From the NCBI RefSeq assembly GCF_039654945.1, contig NW_027361924.1, positions 9,920,001-9,984,000 on the forward strand: 64,000 nucleotides of DNA, in the 5' to 3' direction. A model generated the notes under the pieces. It was not told where the DNA came from. It was given only the letters and a program-made list of their open reading frames with translations, and searched no databases. Below are positions 12,101 through 25,638 of this stretch, in pieces (the first letter of the stretch is position 1; the number at the start of each line of letters is the position of its first letter). The position numbers and the translations under genes were made by a program. The stretch comes from Dendrobates tinctorius. Lineage: Eukaryota.

Positions 12101-13583
12101 CAGACACGGAGTGGAACTCAGTCAACCATTAAGAACAAACGCTTTGCTTTGTTCAAAGAAATCTTTTGACATGATATGTGATAGACCCTTTGGACCAGTT
12201 TTGATCCACTAAAATGGAATCTCTGCCAAATAATTACAGTGATTTCAGGAGGATGTAGAAAATGTAGAAAAAATAATAAAAAAATACCTCAAAATAAATT
12301 TTTGACTGTTAAAGCAAAAAATTGTTTCCTTCTCGTTGTTTTAGTAAAACTATGCAGTGTATGGGGTAAAGTAGTATTTCGGAATCTGAAGGTTTTATTG
12401 AGTCTTGATCCTTTACTTCTCACTGCGCTGGAACGAATTTCTGAAGTCTGAATTTGAAACAATGTGCTGCTGTCCTAATTACCTTCCACATCAAAGTGGG
12501 ACCTGAATGAGAAGACCAGTAATGGTTCTAACGACGGTCTTTAAACAAATACTTAGGTTCTATGCACATTCATTTCAAGATTCCCGTTACAGGTATAAAC
12601 ACGTAAGTTTTCCAAAAACTAGGAGAATTTTCCATGACCGGTTCTGGCTATGCCTTACTTATTGACCACAATGTTTAAAAAAGTGTACAGTGCTGCCCAG
12701 CGTCAACATCAATATACAGTGGCAACCAGACAAGGGTATTGTGAATTTCTTGGCCAGTACTCAAATGCTACTTTTTCTTAATGCCACGACATTGTGGGGG
12801 CCTAGAAATCACAAGAGGTTCCATTGAAGTGCCAGCCAAGAAAGTTCTCACTTCCCTGCATGCCACGAAAAACTAACGTGAACTCCAAACTAGGGTCATG
12901 TAAATCATTTTGCTCAACACTAATACCAACATTTACCAACCTAAAAGGGAAAAGAATGTACCCTATTTTGACCTTTATTAGTTGTCTAGAATACCTTGAC
13001 CATATCTGACGTGTAGACTGAGAGCTTCTCAATATAACTGAGATCTTTGCCAAATATAAGGCAGTGTTCATGTAGCCAAAAGAAAAAAGTTCTTACAATA
13101 TTTCTATTTTCAGCTGAAAAAAGCTGAATGGAGTGGAGGATTTAGTGTGCCAGGGCTATTCTTCTAGACAACGCAATGGACGAGGATTTCTAGTGAAGCC
13201 AGATGCCTTACTAAAATGTACAGGTCTGATCTGAACTTCTGCTGCAAGCTTTCAGATTTTCCACTTGGACAAGGTCAAAATCCTGAAATTTTCCAAAAAG
13301 CTTTGTAGATGGTATCAAGACTTTTAGCATCACCCAGAGAATTCCTTGCCTTCTTGCCACATCATAAGTTTTCCAGGTTGTCCATCAAGACTGTACGACC
13401 GTTGGGACTCTGTATGGGTGGTTACATAAGTGAAAAAATTTTCATGAGCGTTGGTGTAATTGACCAATATTTATCACATGTCAGTAGAGAAAAAAAGAGC
13501 ACAGTGAAATCTGGCTTCAAAAATACTTTATGTTATAAATTGTAGCACCTATGTTTGAAGAAAACTGTACTTGTCTATATTAA

Positions 13584-13956
13584 AGAGGACCTTTCACCAA
13601 GTTTTTCATGTTGAACAATGTAAAAGCAGCTACAGAGTGGAATAAAATGTTTTTTCTTCTTTTTTACTTCGCCTCTCCGTTGCAAAGATATTAGTAATCA
13701 AATTATCTAGCACCTAATGAGTTAACTTTTGTTAAGTTAAGTGGGTGTTACCAGATACTTTTCACTGGGGGCGTATACTTCTCCCTGACAACACCCACTT
13801 GAACTGAGCAAAATTTAGCTTATTAGGTGCCAAATACTTTGCAAATACTTCTACATCAGAGTGGTGAAATTAAATAATAAGTTTACTTCCGTTTTGCAGT
13901 CACTATTTCATCATGTGCCCAGTTCAACATGAAAAATTTGGTGAACGCTCATTTTT
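13584..13956. mobile_element. T2/Kolobok-type TTAA MITE
   Basis: ttaa-agaggacctttcacc...catgttgaac with inverted counterpart gttcaacatgaaaaatttggtgaacgctc. Confidence 0.6.
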
Positions 13957-14007
13957 AAAATTTAGTTATACAACAGCCACTTATGTGAGGTATTTCATTG
14001 GTCTTAA

Positions 14008-14733
14008 CCGCTTCACGACATTTGACATATATTTATGTCATATGTCATGTCCCTGACTTTGATATGGGCTCACACATCAAACCTGCTTCTTTCCCAACAG
14101 ATGATGGCTGATTTAAACAGTCATCATGTGCCTTTAACAGCCGTGGGTGGCACTGAGCTCCATCTGCGGCTGTTAAGCTGTTAACCTGTTAAATGCCGCT
14201 ATCAATTTCTGACAGCGGCATTTAACATGCGCCCATCAGCGCGCCCAGGACATGATCACGTAGAGCCAATGGATTGCCATGAAAGTTGTGTGTCTACTGA
14301 TGACCTCCGTGCTTGTCATGCCAACTCTCCTGTGATAGTCAGTCTATGGCCAGAGTTCATAAGAGATCGTGATTTCAGAAATACATAAAAGTGCTGATGC
14401 ACTGCTACCTTTAATACAAGCAATCAGATGATTGCAAGTTCAAGTCCCCAAAGGGGACTTTCAAATGTAGTAAAATAGTAAAAAGTAAAACAAAGTTTTA
14501 AAACATTTGAAAGAAATAACACAAACGTTCACCCCCCTTTTTTTGCAATATCAACTCACTTGCAATTTTTTTCCTGCTTTTCAATGCATCACAAGGTAAA
14601 ATGAATGACGTCATTCAAAAGTACAATTTTTCCCGCAAAAAAACAATATGTGGATGGAAAAATAAAAATGTTATGGCTCTTGGTAGAAGCAGAGAAAAAG
14701 ATCAAAAACTGAAAATAGCTGGGGATGAAGGGG
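14008..14733. mobile_element. Non-autonomous piggyBac-like element
   Basis: ttaa|ccgcttcacgac ... gatgaagggg|ttaa; resembles the reverse complement of 59338-60900. Confidence 0.75.
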
Positions 14734-17123
14734 TTAAAGAGGTTGTCCAGTTTATTCAACAAAATGACTAAACAAAATATGCCATCAATAAATGACTTAC
14801 TGTTTAAATCGGGTCTTTATTTTCCATATATTTTTTTAAAAAAAATGTTGACAGTATTTTTTAGACTCGTACATTTTTTAGACTTGTACTTTTTACCTTT
14901 TTGGAAAGTTTTCAGCATGCTCATTATCATCAGAGGCAGGATTATAGTAACAAGTAACACCTCTATTCCCAGCTGATAACTCAGTTTGTACCAATAAGGT
15001 GCTTTCACAGCTCATTAGATGCCTCAATATACTGAAACAACAGGAAGTAAGAGTCTAAAATAAAAAGAGTAGCCGCTGTGAATGGACCACAGATACGGAC
15101 ACACGCACGCCCATTGTATTCAATTGTGGTGTCCCCATTTCACAAGGACCATCTGTTCCTGTGAAAAACCCTAATACATGTCCTTTTTGTTGTGCGCATG
15201 GACACTCACAGAGCTTTGCTTAACCTTTACTGGTTAGTTTATGGGGGACCCCAGAAAAAAAATCAGTGAAGTAAGCAGTGGAACAGCTGGCAGTGACCAA
15301 CGTTAACCTCTATGATGTCACTGCTTGTCACTAAATCTGGGCAAGTTGGAAGAACGAGGCTAAGTGCCAGATTTAGCACATCTTATGGATGCACCATACC
15401 GGGGGTGGCTGAGAGCTGATGCTCTTAGCCTGGGAGGGGGGAATATCCATGGCCCCTTCCTAGGCTATTAATATCAACCCACAGCTGTCTGTTTAGCCTT
15501 TGCTGGTTAGCATTTATAGGGGGACCTTCATGATTTTTTTCTGGGGTCCCCGGTAAGCCAATCAGTAAAGGTTAAGCAAACAGCTGTGAGATGTTATTAA
15601 TAGGCTGGGAACCTTTTGAGATATTGTCTATTTTCCCAGATTACTAACATCAGCCCCCAGCCGACGGCTTTCCCTCTGCTGGTTATGAAAATTACGTGGG
15701 AGCCCACGACTTTTTTATTTATTTCTTTATTTTACACACAATGTACACAGCGGGTTCTAAATAAAACTCCCATCATTGTCACCTGGTCACGCTGATCTCA
15801 GAGAGACCAGGCGACAATGATGAAAGCGGTTTTCAGCACCCTGGGCCTGGGAAAAGCTAACTCTACTGCTGTTCTCAGGCGCCAGTATGCATCACACAGA
15901 CACACGGATGGCACATGGACAAGAAACATGGACACACGGATGGCACACGGACAAGAAACATGGACACACGGATGTCACATGCATGCCACCTACGTACGTA
16001 CATACCGATGGAACATGGACACAGACCACGGATCTCACCAGTACTGTTTTTTTTCAGTACAGGAATCACCAGGACTTGTGCAGGAGGCCTAACGTAAAGT
16101 TTTGCCTAAAATGGGTCATCACTTTCTGATGACACATTCCCTTTAAAAATAACAACGAAGGCTTTGCTCTCTCACTACTTCTCCTGCACCAGTTCCCTGC
16201 CGCAGCCTTTGTTATATATGGCTGCCACACCAACATCACATGAGAGCTGCAACCGATCACTTGTTTCAGCAGTCTCATTTTGTCTACTTTAATATCAACA
16301 CTGAGCCAAGTGATTGACTGCAGCTGGTACACAATATCGATGTGATGTCACCGGTGAAACCATATCATCAACGAAAGGAGATAACTGCAAACTTTGTAAA
16401 CTTTAAGTACAGAAAGTCAATGAAGAAAAAAAATAAAAATTAAACAAAAAAATATGTTTTAAACCTTTAATGACCATAGTGTTCGGCAATTTTGTGAATT
16501 TATGTATTGGTTTTATTTTTGCTTATTATTATGTGTACATAATAAAAGCTCTTTTATAACTTTTTAAAATTTACTCAAATATTAACTAAATCTTATTCTT
16601 ACAATTATCCTGAGGCTCCAAAGAAAAGAAGATGAAAATCGCACTTGTAGTTTTGCTCTGTGACATTTAACATCCCTGATGTGAAGCAGCATTTCCCATG
16701 TGCCGCTGAGCTCCTGCGGACGGGGTTCTGTCGCTGCTCACACCTATGTTATATAAACTCTTCCTTCCATCTGGTAATTTGCTGTCTTTATTTTGTGCAA
16801 GTCAAAGTTTATTCCAGGTAAGAAAAGATGAGGGAAATTGCAAGAGGGGAATTCAATGTACCAACCCGACGCAAAACCAGACAGTGGAGGAGATATTAGG
16901 AAGATCAAAATATCCATCCCAAAGAAAATGGGCACAAGAACATCAAAATGGGAGTATAGAGAAGTAGAAGAAGCAAGCCTGGTCTGATATATGTTATGTT
17001 CCTCTACAGGTGCTTGTTTGTAACTTAGTTTAGGAAGAGATGACTCTATGCTGCATTATGGGAAGAGCACAAGTAGTGGTAGAATGATGTTCTGGACAAT
17101 GTTTTCTCGGGAAACCTTGCATC

Positions 17124-17354
17124 TAGAGATGAGCGAGCCCAAACTTTAAAGTTCTGGGGGGTAAACTCTGAACACGGACATCTACAGGAATACAGAGATA
17201 GAATTCTATGTTCCATAGTTCTGTTTTTTACAGATTTCAATGGGGTTTGGGTTCAGGTTCAAGTTTAGGTACAGTTCTTGTACCCGAACCAAACTTTGGA
17301 GTAAAGTTCGGTCGGGCACCTGAACTCAAACTTCCACGGGTCCACTCATCCATA
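17124..17354. mobile_element. Short palindromic MITE (tagagatgagcg... type)
   Basis: Inverted termini gatgagcgagcc / ggtccactcatc with internal gaac/gttc repeats. Confidence 0.55.
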
Positions 17355-17559
17355 CTTGTGTCCTGTTGTCACGTAGATGTAACAAGTTTCTAAAAATTGT
17401 ACAGACCAAGTGCCGATCACCTCTTTACCAAGTTGCCCAATAATAGTGATCATTTTCAGTAGACAAGGCACCCTGCCATTAGGGCCAATTTCAACCCAAG
17501 GCTGAAATTTTAAAGGGTGTCCAACTTCAACCATTAGTGAAGCCTGGTCTCGACAAGCA

Positions 17560-18130
17560 TTCCCTTCAGCTTATCGAGACCAGACACAGGTGAGAAATAG
17601 GAATAGGAGAGGCAAGGGATGTCTCAGGGCAATATTTTAAAAACCAGTGGTAGTAATGAAGAAGTTCTGGGAGCTGGTCTATGGATATGATCAGTTTCCA
17701 GCTGGAGTGAACTAAAAGCAATATCCTTCTAACCTGAACATCTAAGATGTTCTGCAACATGAATGCACAAGACAGATTGGTTATTTCAGCCAGGCAAAGC
17801 CTCATTCAGAATCAAAACGCATCGCATACCTTGTATGGAACAAACAAGTATTAGAAGATACATTATTCCAAAAAATCTTTTATTGTCACTTGCAATCCTG
17901 TGAGCATCACTGCTGCCATCCATCACCCTTCTTTCTAAGATATGCACTGAGAAAATCTTGGTCAAGAACGATTTGGGGAACATATCAAAACGATTATGGT
18001 GACAAATTATCTCCAAATTCCCCAATGCTCAAGATGGTCATCTGTGGGTTGTGTTCGAAAAACAAGTCGGAACCATGGAAGGTGCACCAAAAAACTCATA
18101 ATCTGCTGTTGTCACCATCAGACATCTTGT
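17560..18130 (-). mobile_element. Degenerate L1/Tx1 ORF2 fragment
   Basis: Peptides FPKSFLTKIFS and LPELLHYYHW resemble post-RT L1 motifs (IPKSFFKKI; GGLxLPxxxxYY). Confidence 0.45.
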
Positions 18131-18523
18131 GGAATCCCAAGCACACTTTTGGCAGCACTTGTGGGGCATACAACATTTCTCTTTGTTAGAATACTAGTGT
18201 ACTTCTAAGATGTATTGTTTGTGCTCCTTGCCTAGGTTATATGATATATTTGATTTATAGGGAAATGGAGAAATCAAAATGTTATGGCTTTTGGAAGAAA
18301 GGGAGGAAAAAAATGCAAGCACAAAAATGAAAAACTGCCCGATTCTTAAGTGGTTAAGCACAATTTATTACGAATGACTTTGCTTTTTTTTGTATAAGAT
18401 GTAATGCCAACTGGAAAAAGACAAAGTACGGGATGTTTGATTGTTTATTATTTTTGGTAACTTTTGCTTTTATTCCTAGATTTACCATCTGAAATATCTT
18501 TTATCTGACTGTTTGACTACAAA

Positions 18524-19453
18524 ATGGATCTGAAGAACCAAACACTTGGTGACAATTTCTTCATTCTTCCTTTCTTCCTCCACTCTGAGGAGAATTTCCT
18601 AATTACCACTGGTTTTGTCTTAATTTATGTCTTTGGCCTGGTGTGGAATGGAGCAATCGTCATGGTCATTATTGTGCACTCTCAGCTACACATTCCCATG
18701 TACCTATTCCTCTGCAATCTATCGTTGGTAGATATGTCCTACACAACAGTCACAGTCCCTAAGCTGCTAGACATCTTACTTTCTGGAGACAACATTATGT
18801 CCTTCCTGCAGTGCTTGTCCCAGATGTTCTTCTTCGCTCTTATGATAAGCGCTGAGGTAGCTATGTTGACCATCATGGCTTATGATCGATACATTGCTAT
18901 ATGTATCCCACTACATTACCAATATATTATGAGTAGAAGGAAATGTATTTGGATCCTGGTATTGGCCTGGGGATCTGCTGCTCTAAATTCAATCTTCTTG
19001 ACCTGTTTTGCCATAACCACAACATGGTGTCACTCCAAGGACATCCAACATTTTTACTGTGATGTCAAAGCTTTGGCCAAGATCTCCTGCCCCAGCTTGG
19101 CATTCCATGCAGCTATCTTTCTGGATACACTTTTACTTGGGTTCCTCCCATTCACTATAAGCTTAATGTCCTACATCAAGATTCTCAAGGTCATCTTAAG
19201 CATTGTTTCCAGTGAGGGCAGGAAAAAGGCCTTCTCCACATGCTCATCTCACCTGACTGTTCTTCTCTTCTTCTACGGGACGGGAGTCTGTGTCTACATT
19301 AGACCACCAACCCAATACAAGGAGGAACCAGAACAGGTCTTCTCTGTACTATACACCATAGTAACGCCCGCCTTAAACCCCCTCATCTACAGTTTACGCA
19401 ATAAAGAAGTAAAAGAAGCTTTAATAAACCTTCTGAGGATTAAGTCAAAATAA
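18524..19453 (+). CDS. Olfactory receptor, class II (gamma-type), intact, 309 aa
   Basis: LHIPMYLFL, MAYDRYIAICIPLHY, HFYCD, KAFSTCSSHL, PALNPLIYSLRN; NQT glycosylation site; upstream acceptor ttttattcctag. Confidence 0.97.
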   Translation: MDLKNQTLGDNFFILPFFLHSEENFLITTGFVLIYVFGLVWNGAIVMVIIVHSQLHIPMYLFLCNLSLVDMSYTTVTVPKLLDILLSGDNIMSFLQCLSQMFFFALMISAEVAMLTIMAYDRYIAICIPLHYQYIMSRRKCIWILVLAWGSAALNSIFLTCFAITTTWCHSKDIQHFYCDVKALAKISCPSLAFHAAIFLDTLLLGFLPFTISLMSYIKILKVILSIVSSEGRKKAFSTCSSHLTVLLFFYGTGVCVYIRPPTQYKEEPEQVFSVLYTIVTPALNPLIYSLRNKEVKEALINLLRIKSK

Positions 19454-19714
19454 AAAATAGAATCAATGACTATTATGGATGAGAGTACAAGCTGGAGGAC
19501 CCCTACTAATCCCAAGATGATACTGTCAGAACTGATCCTAAAATATGTAAAGATCATCAACTCATCACAATGTTTCTTCATAGTTAATCACCGCAATGGT
19601 AAATCTAGGAATAAAAGCAAAAGTTACCAAAAATAATAAACTATCAAACATCCCAGTTGTCATTACATCTTATACAAAAAGAAAAACAAAGTCACTCGTA
19701 ATAAATGGTGCATT

Positions 19715-20652
19715 ACTGCTTAAGCTTTGGGCAATTTTTCATTTTTTACGCTTTCATATATTTCCTCCCCTTCTTCCAAGAGCCAAAACTTTTTGATTCC
19801 TCCATCCCCATAGCCATACGAGGATTTGCTATTTGCAGAACGATTTGCACCTTTAAATAACACCATTCATTTTACCATTCAATGTATTGAAAAAAATGAA
19901 AAAAAAATACCCAAATGGAATGAAATATGGAAAAAAAAAATTAATTCTGCAATTGTTTGCTCGGTTTTGTTTCTAAAATGTACGGTACATTATATGGTGA
20001 AAATGACCGGGAACGTGATTTTCCAGGTCCGTATGATTACCATGAGGCCAAACCTATTAGGTTTTTTCATTATTTTAGTGTCTTAAAAAAATTCTGAACT
20101 GTGTTAAAAAAAATCACATTTTACTATATGGATTAACTGTCTTTATATTTTGTTTGATAAGCTCCATTTTTACCAACCAAATATGTTTTTTAATTACATT
20201 TTTTACAACATTTTATTTTTTACATTATGCTGTTCCCCATTAAGAACCTTTGTTTTATGTATTATAATACTACAGTATCTCAGTATATGATGTAAATGTT
20301 GTTCTCCTATGAAGCTCAGCCTGTTGCTGGTCTTCACAGGAGGACCAAGATGGCTACTAAGAGGGCCTTCTGCAAGCCTTCATCTGCCAGAATAACCCAT
20401 TCATTTAAATGCAATAATCATTGATCGGCATGTAAATGGTTAAACATGCCACAATAACCCATTCATTTCATTGATCGGCATGTAAATGGTTAAGCATCCA
20501 CAATAACCCATTCATTTCATTGATCAGCATGTAAATGGTTAAACAGCAGTGATTGGCATTATCTCCGCTGCTCCTGATACAGATGACAACTATCTAGCCC
20601 CCTCTAAAGATGCAGATCCCAACATGGGCCTCCAATTACATCTATTACGGGG
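19715..20652. mobile_element. Degenerate piggyBac-like non-autonomous element with an internal short triplication
   Basis: Similar to 59338-60900; ends ...gggg|ttaa; three copies of aataacccattcattt...gcatgtaaatggttaa at 20390-20545. Confidence 0.55.
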
Positions 20653-23600
20653 TTAACGCTATGCAATAGATCTACTTAATGTCTTGTATTGTGATTTATT
20701 GACTTAAATCTCTGGGATTAACAGTCCACTGGGCCATTCATTCACATCCTTCCCGATTGAGTAATATTTACCAATAGAGTTAATTCCCAGATGCCTCCTT
20801 GTAGCCTCGAGTCTTTAATCTGTCTAAAATGGTCCTTTTTTTAGGAGAATCCCGAAACCCTTGGGTGCTAATACTAGTGAGGATCCCTTTAAAAAGAGTG
20901 ATCTCCATGACTCTCGGAAGAGTGCACAGATCTCTTGGGTGCCACTAAGATTTCCCCTCCCACCCCAAAATCATCAGAAGCATCCAAGGAAACATTCAGG
21001 AGGCATGGAAGAGAAGTGTAGGGGCATTAAAATGTTGTCAAGAGAGGATAGAAGAGGCCTGGGACCACAAGTTATGGGTGGAGAAGGCTCGGTCGAGCCA
21101 CTGACTAGCAAGCTTGGACCCTGTAGTGCCGTCCAGTCTTGCAGTATGAATGTGTGTGCTGTCAGCTAGAGTAATTAACTCCCCATCTTGGCCAACTGGA
21201 CAGCACCACACCCTACAAAAGGTCCCAGCTTCCTTCTGGAAGCTGCCAGAAATAGTTTTGCTTACCTAGTTCACACACCCTGATTTTCAGCTCCTGTTTT
21301 CTAATGGATTTTCCTGTTTCTGACCTCTGTTTGTTTACCGACCGTTCATCCTGCCAGCCTGCTCCACCAAACAGCAGCCGACACCGTGGCCCCAGTCCAG
21401 GGTTCCCCATGTAACTCCAGGTCCCTGTATAGAAGTTAAGGGGTGAAGACCAGGGCAATCCCTGTGATCTGGTAAATGAAGTGGCTAGCGTCAAGTCTAT
21501 TGTTTGTAGCCATTTTTGAAGCTGAGAGACGATTATCAACAGTGACCCCCAAATACCTAATATGTGAAGAGCTGGACTACAATTATTTGAGAGCAAATAC
21601 AATTGAATTAAAAGGGGCGTTTCTGGTTGTTTTGGTCTCAGAAAACGAACAATGGATGTAAATGTAATATAGGCCTTGAAATAGAATAAAATCCACAGCT
21701 CATGACCATAAGCATAAATGACGAGGACATGAAAGTGACGTGAGATTCATAGTAATAGATAAATCTCTGATTTTTATTTGATGAGAGGGCTATATAATCC
21801 CCCAATGTAGAGACACCCCAGAAATCCCCCCATAGTGTGTAGACTGCAGCTATAAATTAAGGCGGTATTTCTTGTAGGTAGGATTCACCCTGTATTATAT
21901 GATATATTAAGGTGCAGAGAGGGCTCACACTTCCAAAATGTAAGAATCTAGAGTGAGAAATAGTCTTTAAGGATATCGGCGTGAAAACAAGAGATCAGTG
22001 CAACAGTGTGAGAGGTAATCTTATGGGGGCACTGTGTACAGGTAATCTTATGGGGGCAGTGTGTACAGGTAATCGTATGTGGGAATAATGTAGAGGTAGT
22101 CTTATGTTAGCACTGTGCAGAGGTAGTCTTTATAGGGGAATCAGTGGCTCTGTTCGGTGGTAAATTAGTTGCCACTGGTCAGAGAGCTGTGGTTACCACG
22201 GTGGCAGATGATAGCATGAGCCAGCAGCTGTGACCATCAGTAAAAAGGTTACCGGCAGTCACAGGCATCAGCTAAAGAGAGAGTACTAATCTCATCAGCA
22301 TAGTCCTGCTGTCGCTGATAACATGGAGACCAGGTGCCGCTGATGGGAGTATTCATCAGCCAACCCTCTGCTACGAATAAATAAATAATTTTAAAAAATT
22401 ACATCGGGTCCCACAACGTGTTTTTAAATTATTTAAATGAATAATTTTAAAAAACGGTGTGGGGTCCCCCCATTTTTTACAACCAACCAAGCTAAAGCAG
22501 ACAGCCGTTGGCTAATTTTCTAAGAATGGTAAAGGGCCAATATCCCTGCTCAAAAATAGCAGCCCGCGGCCGCCCCAGGACTTTTTCTTATGCAGCGGTG
22601 CCGTGAGGTCACCGGGGTTTATCAGCTATGAACTCTGGTGACATTTCTCATAGGAGCTCAGCGCTACACACTGCAAGAGCATTATTACACTTCGGTCTCA
22701 CTATGAGCTGGCTGGCGTGGATAGAGGTCACATCACTGATGTGACTGCTGTCCAAATCATCCAGATCTTCATGAAACAGATAGGGATTATCTTCACCTCA
22801 GACAAGAGATTTTTTTTTGTTTTTTTTACAGGGGACATGAGCATCGGTGGATTAGGAGTAAAGGTGAGTATTATGGCTATTTATTATTTTCTGTCTTTTA
22901 CAGGTGACATGGGCTTCAATGGATTTGGCATAAAGATGAATATAACTGTACAGCAGTCGATATGAGTTTGTCAATAGCTTCTGTGCTATACATAGGTAGC
23001 AACCAAGATGTCAGAGGCTAAGCAAGACAGTGTTGACTTATGTGAGCTGCACTGTGCTCCCCAACAAAACTCTGCCTTTCTTCTCACTTTTAATTTTTGT
23101 GAGAGGTGAGACAGAAAGTGCCCCCTGTAAACAAAAAAGAAAACACCAACATTATAATAAATGTTCTCTGTTTACGCTTTTTTCAGCCTTCACTAGAGTT
23201 AGGGTTAGGGGTAAAATCATAAAATACCATATATACTAGTGTATAAGCTGAGATTTTCAGCACATTTTTTGTGCTGAAAACGCCCCCCTCAGACTATACA
23301 CGAGTCATTGTCCCAGGGAGTCAGCGGGGGAGGGGAAGCGGCAGGAGCCGGAGGCTGTTACATCATACTCACCCACTCCTGGCGCGATCGCTGCAAATCC
23401 TCCCTGCATCTCTCTGCTGTCCCGGCGAGGCAGCTTCTTCCTGTGCTCACATGGCACCGCTCATTAAAGTAATGAATATGCACGCATCTCCACTCCCAGA
23501 GTCGTGGAGCACATATTCATTACTTTAATGAGTTGTACCACGTGACCACTGAACACAGGAAAAAGCTGCCTCGCCGGGACAACAGAGAGATGCAGGGAGG

Positions 23601-23664
23601 ACTTGCAGCAACCGCGCCAGGAGTGGGTGAGTATGACAAGGGGAGCCATGCCAAGCGAAGCCGA

Positions 23665-24446
23665 GCCATGCATACACAGGGGAGGGTGGAGGAGCCATGC
23701 ATTCAACAGGGGGAGGACGGAGGAGCCGTGCATACAACAGGGAGAGGATGAAGGAGCCATGCATACAACAGGGGGAGGATGAAGGAGCCATGCATACAAC
23801 AGGGGGAGGACGGAGGAGCCATGCATACAACAGGGAGAGGACGGAGGAATCATGCATACAACAGGGGGAGGACGGAGGAGCTGTGCATACAGCAGGGAGA
23901 GGATGCAGGAGCCATGCATACAACAGGGGAAGGATGGAGGAGCTGTGCATACAACAGGGAGAGGATGAAGGAGCCATGCATACAACAGGGGGAGGATGAA
24001 GGAGCCATGCATACAACAGAGGGAGGACGGAGGAGCCATGCATACAACAGGGAGAGGACGGAGGAGCTGTGCATACAACAGGGGGAGGATGAAGGAGCCA
24101 TGCATACAACAGGGGGAGGACGGAGGAGCCATGCATACAACAGGGAGAGGACGGAGGAGCTGTGCATACAACAGGGAGAGGATGGAGGAGCCGTGCATAC
24201 AACAGGGAGAGGACGAGGAACCATGCATACAACAGGGGGAGGACGGAGGAGCTGTGCATACAACAGGGAGAGGATGGAGGAGCCATGCATACAACAGGGG
24301 GAGGACGAAGGAGCCATGCATACAACAGGGGGAGGACGGAGGAGCTGTGCATAGAACAGGGAGAGGATGGAGGAGCCGTGCATACAACAGGGAGAGGACG
24401 GAGGAATCATGCATTCAACAGGGGGAGGACGGAGGAGCTGTGCATA
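23665..24446. repeat. 31-bp G-rich minisatellite (gcatacaacagggggaggacggaggagccat), left part
   Basis: About 25 tandem units. It lies inside an element whose left end (~23225, ccatatatactagtgtataagctgag) resembles a pogo/Tc-like TIR. Continues at 30863-30990. Confidence 0.95.
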
Positions 24447-25618
24447 TGTGGGGAGGAGGACCCCCATATAGTGATTGGGCCGGAACCAGGGGGACCGCCA
24501 TCAGGGTTATTGAAGAAACCACATCAGGGGAATTACAAAGGGAGACATGCGATTGAAGTTGTCAGGGCAACAGGGGGCGGGGCGAGGGTAAAAGGAGCAG
24601 GGGACGCGCTGAGGTGGCAGTTAGAGGAGAGCCTGACAGGAGAGAGAGAGCCGTGTGGCAGAGGGAGGACTGTGGCAACTGACGGTGTGAGGAAGAGAGA
24701 CAGGCAGGAGACTGTCAAAGGAAAATTGGAGACTGACCGAAGAGCGACGCGTAAGAGACTCTCCCCGGGATTCCCTCCCCGCAGACATTCAGAAAAAGTG
24801 ACACCCGCTGATTCCCTCCATGGTGTGACAGGACCGGGATCTCAGGCGACCTCTGCGACGAGAGAGCAATCCGGTACAGTGGCCAGGACACTGCCCCCCT
24901 GTCTTCTCCCACAGCTGCGGCCCCGTCATCACCGACCTCAGGGGACGCCACCTCGCTATAGGCGGCCGCAGAGCCCCGTCCCGGTTACTGAGGGGACACT
25001 GAGCAGAGTTTGTTAACGTTTATTTTTTTTTGAAACTGCGTCATGACCTGGCTGGGGAACGAGCGCCTCTAAACGGACGCCTGGGAGATTTTCCCCCCGA
25101 ACAGTCTCTTCAGGGCCTGTTGTGCCCCACCGTTCCCATTTCTTCAGGGCCTGTTGTGCCCCACCGGTCCAGCTTCTTCAGGGCCCGTTGCGCCCCACCG
25201 TTCCCATTTCTTCAGGGCCCGTTGCGCCCCACCGTTCCCATTTCTTCAGGGCCCGTTGCGCCCCACCGTTCCAGTTTCTTCAGGGCCCGTTGCGCCCCAC
25301 CGTCCAGTTTCTTCAGGGCCTGCTGCGCCTCATCGTTCTGGTTTCTTCAGGGCCGGACGAGCACAAGTCCTTCCGGGAAATCGTGGTTCCACATCTGCAA
25401 CCCCTGAGTGGTCGTGAACTCGAGCGACGCCCGGAAGGCTAAGTGCATTATAGAACCCTTTTTGTTTTACGAGTCCCTGCGAGGACAAATAGGTGTTTCC
25501 CCTTTGTTTGTTTGAAGCAGTTTAGCCCTCGCGGCTTTAAACTTATAAAAGTTTATTTCACCCCACATTCAGTCTCGTGTCTCGTCACTGCATCCTGTGA
25601 GCCTGCTCGAACCCTACA
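24447..25618 (+). repeat. 5' LTR (1172 bp) with an internal 33-34 bp tandem array
   Basis: Near-identical to 29657-30862; array tcttcagggcccgttgcgccccaccgttcccatt at ~25107-25352. Confidence 0.97.
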
Positions 25619-25620
25619 CT

Positions 25621-25638
25621 TGGCGTAGTCGGCAGGAT
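25621..25638 (+). promoter_or_regulatory. Primer binding site complementary to tRNA-Ser
   Basis: tggcgtagtcggcaggat is the complement of the vertebrate tRNA-Ser 3' end (...ATCCTGCCGACTACG-CCA), 2 nt after the LTR. Confidence 0.9.

Noticed and set aside
11892-12212. 106-aa ORF as a functional short receptor
   Set aside because: The start lies in Tc1 sequence; only TM6-7 remain and the NP motif is mutated.
12824-13009. SPRY/SPSB-like peptide (NLKGKRMYPI)
   Set aside because: The resemblance covers about ten residues with no supporting context.
23464-24556. Multiple long overlapping ORFs (up to 316 aa) on both strands
   Set aside because: They are translations of a stop-poor 31-bp minisatellite, with 31-aa periodicity in several frames.
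24162-25016. 284-aa chimeric ORF running from the minisatellite into the LTR
   Set aside because: Accidental fusion at the insertion junction; no evidence of a gene.
25107-25352. 33-34 bp repeats resembling a CRISPR array (also 61650-64000)
   Set aside because: Head-to-tail units with no unique spacers, no cas genes, and a eukaryotic context.
25621-25638. tRNA-Ser gene
   Set aside because: Only the 18-nt complement of the tRNA 3' end including CCA is present; it is a PBS.
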